Shown here: positions 39,400 through 51,300 of the stretch, piece after piece
Layout: each line of letters opens with the position of its first letter
Numbering within the stretch: position 1 is the first letter of the stretch
Assembly (NCBI GenBank): GCA_002269645.1
Contig: NIVC01000129.1
Location: forward strand, 356,755-420,754
DNA length: 64,000 bases
Direction: 5' to 3'
Source: Macrostomum lignano
Taxonomy: Eukaryota
Notes under the pieces: model-generated
Seen by the model: only the letters and a program-made list of their open reading frames with translations
Told to the model about the DNA's origin: nothing
Database searches by the model: none
Made by a program: the position numbers and the translations under genes

Positions 39400-40860
39400 C
39401 TCAAAAAATGAAATATTGGCTGGTAAACCACCATCTTAATAGTAGTATATAGCTGCCATTGAATTCGGGTACCGTCCAATTCATTTTGCAACCGTAAAGT
39501 ATTTTTCGAGTTCCAACTCGCTCACAGGCTTCGGTACACTCGTGTTTGGCAGCAGAATTAGTGAGACGCAAGGCTGTTCAGTCAACAGTCAGCAGGTGCT
39601 TTTATCATGAAGCGAAAGCGTGCGCATAATTAGACATTTCTGCTCTCTACATCGAATAGCGTCCGCTCAGGCGATGCAGTTGGGGTGAACAGACCCAGAA
39701 TCTTAACGCCGACATGCACTTACACACTCCGATGGGTCTGTAGTTTGTGGTGTATCGGTTTACTGCGCGAATTCGATCATCTTTGTTTACTTTTATGGTA
39801 GGGTTAATGAAACTTAACTATAGGCAGTGGTGGAGCGTATCTATCAATTGATCTGCCCAGAGTTGTAGTGTTAAATTTCTAAATTTTTATCTTCTCACTA
39901 CAAATTCATTATTTATAGATAGTCTGCATTTCCCTTGAAATGTTCAAATAGTTAATTAGAGATGTAGTGCATCTTTTTGGTACGTTTGAACGCAAGTGCA
40001 GTTGCCCACAGCTTCTTTTAACCATTGCTATGCACTTTTGGTGACAATAACACACGCAACGGCAATTTAAACAATAACAAAGGGTAAATTTATTTTTTTA
40101 TGTTAGAAAAAAATCAAAAACTGTTCAACAAAGAAATCGTATGTTAATCGGTTAATACCATGCCTACACAGAAACGTCACTCAAAAAGAATATCGATCAG
40201 ATTGCGACTGCCGCCAATGGTCACTTTCATCTTCTTTGACGGAGCAGCCTGCACACGTAGTGCGCCGTCGGTCTGGACAGGCTCTTGATAAATATCCGCA
40301 CATTCGTCCATCATAGCCTCGCTTATTGTGATTGGATTTTGGACGAGCTAGCGCTGACTAGATAGTGTCTTGTGCAGTCTTTGAGAGTGAAATTTTTGAG
40401 AATGTTCTGTGTGCCATGGCTTACGGAGGGAATCGCTGAAATGCACAACAAGGCTTATGGGAGAAATTGCTGAGATTTTGTTTTCATGAGGTATTTCCGA
40501 GATGCCAAGGGTCCGGGCTAGCGTTGCCATGGCTAAAGGGAGGCTTTGGTGTCTTACGAGCGTAGGCCATGTTGAAAGCTACATATGCATATAGTTTATT
40601 TAATCAATTTTTTACTCCTTTCTCCTCAATGAAAGGCGAAGATTGTTACTAGTGTGTTCTGATTGTGAGCTACAGTAACCGATCGTTAAAAAACATGCTG
40701 CCCATCGGCACAAAGCTTAACTGGTACTAACCTCTTAAAAACTGATGCTTGCTACTAAAAGTAAGGTTTTGCGCAAGCATTATTAAATGTTCTTCTGCAT
40801 TTGCTTTGCTTTGAAACCTTATGCACTGATTTCATTGTTACTGTCAGAAAATAGAAGCAT

Positions 40861-41772
40861 GATTCAATGCTGTGCTCAATGCTACACTGATTGTTCAATG
40901 CTGTGCTCAATGCTACACTGATTGTTCAATGCTGTGCTCAATGCTACACTGATTGGTCAGTGCTGTGCTCAATGCTACACTGATTGTTCAATGCTGTGCT
41001 CAATGCTACACTGATTGTTCAATGCTGTGCTCAATGCTACACTGATTATTCAATGCAGTGCTCAGTGCTACACTGATTGTTCAGTGCTGTGCTCATTGCT
41101 ACACTGATTGTTCAATGCTGTGCTCAATGCTACGCTGATTATTCAATGCTGTGCTCAATGCTACACTGATTGGTCAATGCTGTGCTCAATGCTACACTGA
41201 TTGTTCAATGCTGTGCTCAATGCTACACTGATTGGTCAATGCTGTGCTCAATGCTTCACTTGTTAAATGCTGTGCTCAATGCTACACTGATTGGTCAATG
41301 CTGTGCTCAATGCTTCACTTGTTCAATGCTGTGCTCAGTGCTACACTGATTATTCAATGCTGTGCTCAATGCTACACTGATTGTTCAATGCTGTGCTCAA
41401 TGCTACACTGATTATTCAATGCTGTGCTCAATGCTACACTGATTGTTCAATGCTGTGCTCAATGCTAAACTGATTATTCAATGCTGTGCTCAATGCTACA
41501 CTGATTATTCAATGCTGTGCTCAATGCTTCACTTGTTCAATGCTGTGCTCAGTGCTACACTGATTATTCAATGCTGTGCTCAATGCTACACTGATTGTTC
41601 AATGCTGTGCTCAATGCTACACTGATTGTTCAATGCTGTGCTCAATGCTACACTGATTGTTCAATGCTGTGCTCAATGCTACACTGATTGTTAAATGCTG
41701 TGCTCAATGCTACACTGATTGTTCAATGCTGTGCTCAATGCTACACTGATTGTTCAATGCTGTGCTCAATGC
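40861..41772. repeat. Satellite, 31-bp unit, about 29 copies, related to the 34-bp satellite
   Basis: Unit TCAATGCTGTGCTCAATGCTACACTGATT(G/A)T. Confidence 0.95.
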
Positions 41773-43964
41773 TAACTTTGAGCTCAATTAGCTGAGTTAA
41801 GAACAACGCTATCTTTATTAATGTTGATGCATTTATTCCTGGCAAGTCTCTCCATACTCGTACAAGGGCGTGACCTAGATCACAAGAAATAATTACAACA
41901 GTCACAGTGGCATGGCTTAAATTTACAAGATGTGTCTACTATTAGCAAGCTTAATTAAGTCATTTTAGTTTAGAATAGCACCGAACTGGGCTTGCGGCTT
42001 GCAGCTTACCAAGCAGCTCTGGATTCAGAGATTATATAATTAAAACCTGAGCCTTTTAGCTACCCTAGCATCAGCAGGTGCAAATACTTTCTTCATTTGC
42101 AAAATATCTTTATGTAGCTAGCGGCTGATCGAGAGGACAAGCAGTTAAATTGAACTTATTGGCACCTGGCAAGTCATGATCTCCGTGGCTGCACAGTACG
42201 AGCTTTACTGGATTTTGCTTAATTTTCGGCGTTTCAAACTAGCTAGCCATGGTTTAACAGTAGAACTACCGAGGGTATTTCGGATTCCACCGACAATTTT
42301 TGCTGCGCCGGAACGGAGCAACGCAGGGCGCACGAAATTCAAAAAACACACGGCTTTTTGTTGCGCTTCTTCTCAAACAACAACCAAGTTGCCAGCTCTC
42401 CGGACCGTCGAGATATTCGACGTCTCGGTGCCAACGATGGCTGAATGAATATTCGAATTCTAGTTGAAACTAGTTGAAGATACCTGGCAGTTGAGGTTTG
42501 CCCACTGTGGATGCTTGATCAGCGAAACTAGAGAAATCCGCATCATGGTGTTCATTGTCACCTGGTGCAACCGGTTGAAGGTCAAGAAGCTCTACCTGGG
42601 TGAAGGTCAGTGACCAACGAAGTCAGTGCTGATGCAGACACGTGTGGTCGACGTGCTGATGAAACTTGGAGGCTTGGCAAGGCTGCACTGAGGCGCAGTG
42701 CTGATTGGCGCACAGGTGGGAAAAATCCGACCCTCTGGCAGAATCGTCGAATATCTCGACAGTCCGGAAGGGCTGGCGACTTGATTCTTGTTTGAGAAGG
42801 TGCGCAACGAAAAGTCAGCCCGTGTTCGCGTTGCTTCGTTCCGGCGCAGCAAATAAATTTCGGGGGGGGGGATTCTCCTCCCTTGGTTCGAGTATAGTTC
42901 GAAGGACAGCAAAATGGTTTCTTGTTCTTGGTATCCCTACTGTTAACGCGAAAAAAGCAATCGAAATGAAACAGTATAAAGCAAATAAAAAATTGGAAAC
43001 TTTGCCGTGTCAGCAGCGAGATGTACCAAATAAAGCTAATCTCAATATAAAAACAGCACCTTATTGGCCATATACTTAAAAAAACTAAGCAAGTCGTGAA
43101 CAGCGAATGAATATGAAAAATATAAAGTTTGAAGAAAGTGCTGCTGTACTATTTGTTTTTAAAATCGAGGTTTGTTGCAGTATCAATCACAGACAAAAAT
43201 GAGTATCACGATGAGAAGTTCAGGAAGTTCACGGTCTCATAAACTGGTAACTCAAGGCATTAACCCTCGCTAATGATCTACCCAAAAAGTGAATACAAAA
43301 TTAAAATATTAAGAATTGGGCCAGAGGATGCAAATCACGAATCAGGAAGCATTTTCAGTAAAAATACAAATAACTAAAAATAGAGTATAAAAAATCGCAG
43401 AGACCGTCAATTAACAAACAAGGAAAGCATGCGACTATTAAAAGAATGAGATAACCATGGTTCTTATAAATAAATTATTTTTTAAAACCTGGGCTGCAAA
43501 ATAACTTGAATGAAAATTTTGAAACACCTACGTCAGAATGAAAGAATGTCAGTACAGCTATAACAATGTCAAAAATCATCCAATAGGAAGTGGTGTTTAT
43601 ATAGAAGTATAAGGTATACAATTTCCAGGCAATGCATCATCAGTGATTTGATTCAGTCTGAATATTAGTTTTGGCATGGTGTCTATACCTACAGCATGGG
43701 GTAAACATGACCAACTACAAAAGAATGACGTTACATTCGATTGTCTTCGAAATGAGCCGGGAAGCTGGTAATGAACGTGCATGTTTCATATTGCTAATGC
43801 TTTCAGTATGCACTGGAGAACGGATAGCGGTTATGGGATTTTGCCATAGACAAAATCGGTGGATAAAAATTAGCGCTTGAAGATCCGATTTCTCGTGAGC
43901 ACGCCAAATGCACTGGCGACGGCCTCCCAGCTCATTCCTAAGAAATCTGAGTGTAGCGACCTTT

Positions 43965-46449
43965 TTAAGCATGCCGAATTAGCAGCGACATTTTTGGATT
44001 GACAGCCAATAGTTGACGCAATTGGGTATTAGTTGGTAGTCGGCGCTCTTTGATGTTGCCGCCAATTTCGTAGAGGTTGAAATCGTCCGGGTTGTTGGCG
44101 CTGCCGCAACGGCGATGCAACAAATCCCAGGCTGTGAGTTCGCGCGGTAGGCTGATGTTCTGACAACTGCCATCCGGCAACGTCAGGCTAATGGACTGTG
44201 GGAAGGGTGATTAGTGCTTCTTGAGTGCTACTTCTCCAACTGAACACGGTTCCCAATACTACATTATTCTCTGACTCAAGTATAGGCCGTATTGCTTTCT
44301 ATTCCAATTTCTGATTTCAATAGTTCAGCCCACGTCCGATGATAGTTAAGCCGTTGATTCTCTGTAGAATAAAAATAATTGAACTAAAACCACCGACCGC
44401 TATTCTCACCTCTTCATCGGGATCCGGTTGTTGAACCTCCTCTACCAGATCATTCAACCTGTCCAGTCCGTGGAAAAAGCACTTATTAGAGCGCAGGTGC
44501 CGCACCAAGGTGGCCGGTACTCGCCAAGCAAACTGTCTGTAGTTAATCAGCAGCTCAACAATTGCCGCCGATCGTTCGCTGTCGCCGAGAGTGGATGTCA
44601 GCTCCTCTGGCAGGAGGCTGGGCGTCATCACTGTTGCCAAGGCTCGGAGAGACATTAGATTCTCGTTATGGTGGTCCAAGACGCTAAAAACAAGCAAAAA
44701 TGATGCTGTTATGCGTAGTTAATAGCGCTTTTTAAGGCGACGATCATGGCTGCTTCGACCCACCTTCCCAGAAGGTCAACTACAGCTTTAAGCGTGTGAC
44801 AGGCGACCGACGGCAGCAGCATGACGAGCAGGTTCACTCCAATGAGGCGCTGATGCATGGTTGGCAGCTGGTCGATACACCGGTAGTACTCTACGTAGGG
44901 CCCGCTCATCAGCGGCGTGGGCAGGTCGCGAAGGAAGCCCTTCAGCAAGCCGGCAGCGTCGTGGGGATCAGCCTTGGCAATTTTCGGCGCATTCGGTCCG
45001 TCCGTTTCGATTTGGGAGCGCAGCTCGCGGATAGCGGCGACCGAGCCGCTGACGCGGAAGATGCCCTCCTCCTTGAGGCCGCAGCTTTGCAGGCGGTTGA
45101 TCAGCGAGCTCACGAGATGGGGAACCTAGAAGCACAAGTAACGTTAAATTGATGAGGCCACGCTGGCGCACCGCTTATAGCAACATTGTTCCAATTCAGT
45201 CCATTGAATTTATAAGATTAAAAATACCAGAGCTGAGGCAAATCTGTCTATTTCGCTGATTTCTGAGCGCATCACACATGGTGTACAGCGGCTCTGACTT
45301 TCTAATCGTCAGACATGTACACTCTGTGTGCTCAGGACCAAGTCGACTTTAAACGATAACTTGTCGGATCCGTCGCCTAAAACGCTGTGACATCTCATCC
45401 AAGTCCTTAAAAGTACTTAAAAGGCTATGTACGGAATGTATTGATTGTAGTTATTTTGAAGCTTTACTTTGGTCTCCCTTCTCAGATCCTTAGTGTATGG
45501 GGTATCTAAATCGGTGTTGAAGTTGCTTAAATCGGTGTGTGAGGTGCAGTTATGAGGTGTTTAGCACGACACATTGCAGATTTCGCAAAATTGGGCGTTA
45601 AGAGCCGAGCTACGCTATGTTGAATGAGCTTGTCCTGTTCAGAACTTGGATAGTTCTGATTCTTCATACTTCACACTTCACACTTCACACTTCATACTTC
45701 TTGGATACTTCACAACTCTCTTGACTCACCTGCGTCTCGGGTAAACGCAGCTTCCGCTCCGCTTCCAACATGGATTCGAGCGACACTCCGAACCAGCTGC
45801 TGCCGCCGTTTCTCGACTTGCTGCTAGGCGATTTGTGTCTCCGCCAACCGAAGGTCGGCGAAGGCGGCGGCAACGGAGAGGCCGGCGCTGGTGTCAGCGG
45901 CGCCGTGTAGCGAAACGCCGGCCTATGACCGGCTTTTTCAAACTGCACGGCCAGTTCGATGTGCGCCAGCGTCCTCAACTGTTCCATGTCCTTCTCGGAG
46001 AAGTCGCCGACGAAGGCGTGTCCAAGTGGATCGTCTGGCAGACTGAATTCTTCGACGCTTTTGCTTAGCTCGAGGGATTTTGCATCGATACGTAGGGAGT
46101 TCATCCGGCCCAGATCGTCTGCCAACGGCTCCTGGTTCAGCTGGGGGCTGCTGGCTTCAGGATCAGCGCCGTCGGAAGGACATGCTCTTTCTTTGACGAG
46201 GTCGATGTGCCGCTTAACGATGACCCAGTGCAGCGGGCTGGGCATCTGGGATCGAACGGCATCCATGTCGAATTCTTGATTCTGCAGCAGCCGCTCAGCG
46301 ATGTCAAACAGCAGTGCCGACTCACTTTTCTGCAGCCAGGCCACCGCGCCTTGACAGACGGGATCTTCGGCCAAGTCGACGGTCAGCGATGGAACCGAGA
46401 CGCAGCCGCCGTCCTGCTTATCTTTGCTGCTTCTTCTGGATTTGGGCAT
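43965..46449 (-). CDS. ARHGAP18: Rho GTPase-activating protein of the ARHGAP18/28/40 (Conundrum) family, 4 coding exons, 528 aa
   Basis: Exons 45730-46449, 44764-45125, 44410-44683 and 43965-44195, all GT-AG with consistent phases. GAP arginine finger EEGIFRVSG. Family motifs DMEQLRTLAHIELAVQFE and C-terminal LYEIGGNIKERRL. Symbol is family-level only. Confidence 0.92.
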
Positions 46450-48317
46450 CTCAGTAGCCTTTTGGGTGCTCTGAAGTTAACAAGTAAATAATGAATAAAT
46501 AAATGTTTACAGTTTAGTTGAATTAAAATTTTATTCTAACAAAAAAATATAATAAAAGTTTAGTTATTTCACCTTAGCAGTTCCAAAAACTTCCAAAAGC
46601 AAAAAATATAGATCAGTATTTTTAAAAGCTAATAGCTAAAATACATTTTATTTTAATTTTTCGCAACTTTAATTTTTCGCAATATTAATTTGATCATTGA
46701 CTTAATTGTTAATCGAACAAAATACAATTTCTAAACTAAAAGCTCGAATCGTTTTCTAAGCTGGACAATAGTCACTGCTTGTTTTGATTAAAAATAGCAT
46801 GATAGCTTATCTTTTAAAAAAGCAAAATAAAAAATGTAAGCATTTAAGCGAAGTATAGTGACTAGATCATCAAATCACTAGATTAGGCTAGTAAAATCAT
46901 CAAGCATAAATTTAGATACAAGGATTTGTATATTTAAGGATTTATGTCTAATAATTTTACCTAAAGTACGCGGTTAATAAATTTAACAAGCCTCGACGAT
47001 GTTCATTGTTCAATGTGGACGAAACGCATTGGCAATGAAAAACTTAATATGGTTCTTTTCTTTTATGCTGATTACTACTTTCATTTATTTACTTTAGGTA
47101 TATGATTTTACATAATAAAGTTAATTGCTAAAATTTTATAATGTCATAAAAATGAATGCATCCTCAATAAACATTTATCATTGATGTAATGCAAATAGAA
47201 AAGTTTCCGCCCATCATAAATTGAATCCAATGTTTGAAACATCTCCTTGGACTGTGAGACGCTTTTAACAAAGCGAAACATTTTATTTCTTTTTTCATTC
47301 CAAAAGCCGGTTATTAAGCAAATATATATTTCAAACTGATAAATAAACTTTGAATGGATAAGTATTAATAAAGTACAACTATCTATTACTAATAACCACA
47401 AGTTTTGACTTCCAGATCTACTACTTTTATTTTTAAGTGAGCACGGCGTCGAAAGAAGTGAGTCGTTGTTTCAGTTTCAAGATGCATGGATATATTTATT
47501 TATTAGCATTCTTTTGCATGTGCTGTTTTGTACCACCTCGCGACTCGCTCTTTTGATTTAGTAAGACTAAATTTTCTCAAATTTATATTATTAAAATTAT
47601 CATATTTGCTAGCCGCTAGCACAATGCGAAAGAGTATAAAAACGATCTTTGTTCGGAAACTACAACGATTAAAAGCTTCTTTCAAGCAGAATGTTTCTGG
47701 CTTCAACCTTTTCATGATTTGAAAATAAATTTTAAAAATACTCGATCGCTAGCTAACCCCGGCTTATGTTATACTATATGGTATATTTTCTCAATTGTAG
47801 TAAATAACATCTTTTGCTTTCCATTTTTATATAACTTGGACTCAAAATGTGCTTATGAACACATAAATGCTTAAAAAATTCACTATCACAAATTTTTGCT
47901 GGCTATCTATGTGATTAGTTTTTAGCCCATGTTGAGCATGTTAAAAGGCATATATACCCACAGTGAAAAGTGTTCTTAATTTTATTGCATAGAAATTCAA
48001 GACAGTAACCAACTAGGAGAGTTTCAAAGCACAGTAATGTTTGTTTTGTTAAATATTTAGCTTTTACCTGTATCCACTAAGCATGCATACAAGTACAATT
48101 TTAAGCATTTCGAAATATGGCATTCGATGTTGTCTATAAATTTGCAACTCTAGCTTTTTGAAATTAAATGATTTGGACTGTCCATGACCATGTTGCCTGA
48201 TAAAAAGTGGTCTTTGGCTTGATATAACTACTCCCGCACAATTTGCAGACCGCAGAATCTCAAATGAATCAATAGCTACAATCTAAGCACTTTGCAAGAG
48301 ATCAACAACGACGAGAG

Positions 48318-51300
48318 ATGAGTCATAACTGCACCGTGTTCGAGCGGCTGTACAGACGCTGCTTCCGGAAGGTTCTACCGGAAACGCGAAAAATTTCACC
48401 TGGCTTTCTGTTCGAGGACCAGCTGCCAACCGAAAATCCAAATCGAGCCTATTCGAACAATGTCGTCCGAACTACAAAGTACACCATACTGACGTTCCTG
48501 CCGCTGAATCTGTGGGAACAGCTGCACCGCTATGCCAACCTCTATTTTATCTTCATTGTCATTCTGAACTTTATGCCCGACGTGTCCGCCTATGCCAAAG
48601 AGCTCGCCCCGTTCCCTGTCGTATTCGTGCTGAGTCTCACTGCGGTGAAAGACGCCGTGGAAGATTATCAACGTTACAAGGCCGATAAACGCGTTAACAA
48701 GAAAAAGTGCATCGTGTACCGCAAAAACGAGGGCGGCTTTGTTGCCGACCAGTGCCAGAACCTGCTGCCAGGAGACATCGTCCGACTGACCGAGGAAGAA
48801 ATCATTCCCGCGGACATCTTGCTGCTGCACAGCTCCGATCCAGCCGGGATCTGCTACATTGAGACGTCGAACTTGGACGGCGAGACAAATCTCAAACAGC
48901 GCGGAGTTGCGCTTCCAACAGAAACGGTCAGTAGATAACATGGCGGCAGCTAAGTCAAGTCGAGGTGTTTCGTCCACCAAATGGACTTACTTTATAATCC
49001 GCAATATGTTTTATCACCGAAACCAAAACCGTAACTATTTTATCGTGTGAACAGCACTCATTTTAGCGCCGCAGGCACTCATTTTAGCGCCGCTGGCACT
49101 CATTTTAGCGCCGCAGGCACTCATATTGGCGCCACAGGCACTCATATTAGCGCCACAGGCACTCATTTTAGCGCCGCAGGCACTCATTTTAGCGCCGCAG
49201 GCACTCATTTTAGCGCCGCTGGCACTCATTTTAGCGCCGCAGGCACTCATATTGGCGCCACAGGCACTCATATTGGCGCCACAGGCACTCATTTTAGCGC
49301 CGCAGGCACTCATTTTAGCGCCGCAGGCACTCATATTGGCGCCACAGGCACTCATTTTGGCGCCACAGGCACTCATTTTAGCGCCGCAGGCACTCATTTT
49401 AGCGCCGCAGGCACTCATATTGGCGCCACAGGCACTCATTTTGGCGCCGCAGGCACTCATATTAGCGCTACAGGCACTCATATTGGCGCCGCAGGCACTC
49501 ATTTTGGCGCCACAGGCACTCATTTTAGCGCCGCAGGCACTCATTTTAGCGCCGCAGGCACTCATTTTAGCGCCGCAGGCACTCATATTAGCGCTACAGG
49601 CACTCATTTTAGCGCCGCAGGCACTCATTTTGGCGCCACAGGCACTCATTTTAGCGCCGCAGGCACTCATATTAGCGCTACAGGCACTCATATTAGCGCC
49701 GCAGGCACTCATTTTGGCGCCACAGGCACTCATTTTAGCGCCGCAGGCACTCATATTGGCGCCACAGGCACTCATATTGGCGCCACAGGCACTCATATTG
49801 GCGCCACAGGCACTCATTTTGGCGCCACAGGCACTCATTTTAGCGCCACAGGCACTCATTTTGGCGCCACAGGCACTCATTTTAGCGCCACAGGCACTCA
49901 TTTTAGCGCTGCAGGCACTCATATTGGCGCCACAGGCACTCATTTTTAGCGTGCGTCGCAGGCATTCATGTTAGCGCCGCAGGCGCCCATTTTGACGCCG
50001 CAAGCGGTATATTTTGTCATCCTGAAGCAAAATTATTGATTTCCATAAAGGGGTCACAAGGTTGGGTAGGGGGATGCCCCCCATAGCATTTACTGGCCCC
50101 CACTCCTAAGCATGACTCCTAAGAGAATAAAGCATCCTCAAAAACCGAATCACCCAGAATGCTTTATAGCTCGTAATACTCAAAGACCGGAGAGACACAG
50201 AGATAGAACGCACTTTTGTGCTCATACCATTCTTGTTTAATCTCATAGTTATTCTTTCTTCAGTTCTCACCCCGAACTCAGCCTGCCTATCTGACTGTTC
50301 ATTAGAAACATTTCTCGTTTTTATTTCTTTTTGTGCATAGGGTCGCTTGTTTGCAACAGGAGAGGCTATGGCTACCGAGCTGAGGCAACCCCAACCCCCT
50401 CTCCATTCTGTTTGCAGAGGGCCGGCCGCAGGGCTTCAAGAAGACGTCGCGGTCTGAAAGCAGAGGTGAGTGCGCGCGCTGCAGTTTCTCTAATTAGTCC
50501 TGATAGCAACAAAAAACCAGTGAAAGAATAGAAGGACGGAATGCAGGTCGGACTGAAAACAGTAATAGAAACGAAACCAACAGACCAAGATATTCAAACT
50601 CGTATTCAGAAAAATCTAATAATAGTCTCGTCCGATTTAGGACCCGCACGCAAAACCTCACTATGGTAACCAAGACTCAACGCCCTCACTGCTTGTACTC
50701 AAACTCGAACTTGGAGAGTGCTTGAAATTGTCTATTGAAGTGCTGCTGCTCAGCTCAATTCGGAGAGAATTACAGAAATAGACAAGCAGCCGCGCTTAAA
50801 TAAGTTATTTTTTAACAAGCAATTCTTATTCATAGTTTGACTATCCGATCTATGAGCGTAATATAGCGACTGCTTTTATAAGGAAGCTGCTCGGGTACTG
50901 ACACCCAGTCTTGATGCTTCTCACACCCAGTCTTGATGCTTCTGACACCCAGTCTTGATGCTTCTGACACCCAGTCTTGATGCTTCTGACACCCAGTCTT
51001 GACGCTTCTGACACCCAGTCTTGATGCTTCTGACACCCCAGTCTTGATGCTTCTGACACCCCAGTCTTGATGCTTCTGACACCCAGTCTTGATGCTTCTG
51101 ACACCCAGTCTTGATGCTTCTGACACCCAGTCTTGACGCTTCTGACACCCAGTCTTGATGCTTCTGACACCCCAGTCTTGATGCTTCTGACACCCCAGTC
51201 TTGATGCTTCTGACACTCAGTCTCGACGCTTCTGACATACAGTTTTGATGCTTCTGAAACCCAGTCTTGACGCTTCTGACACCCAGTCTTGATGCTTCTG

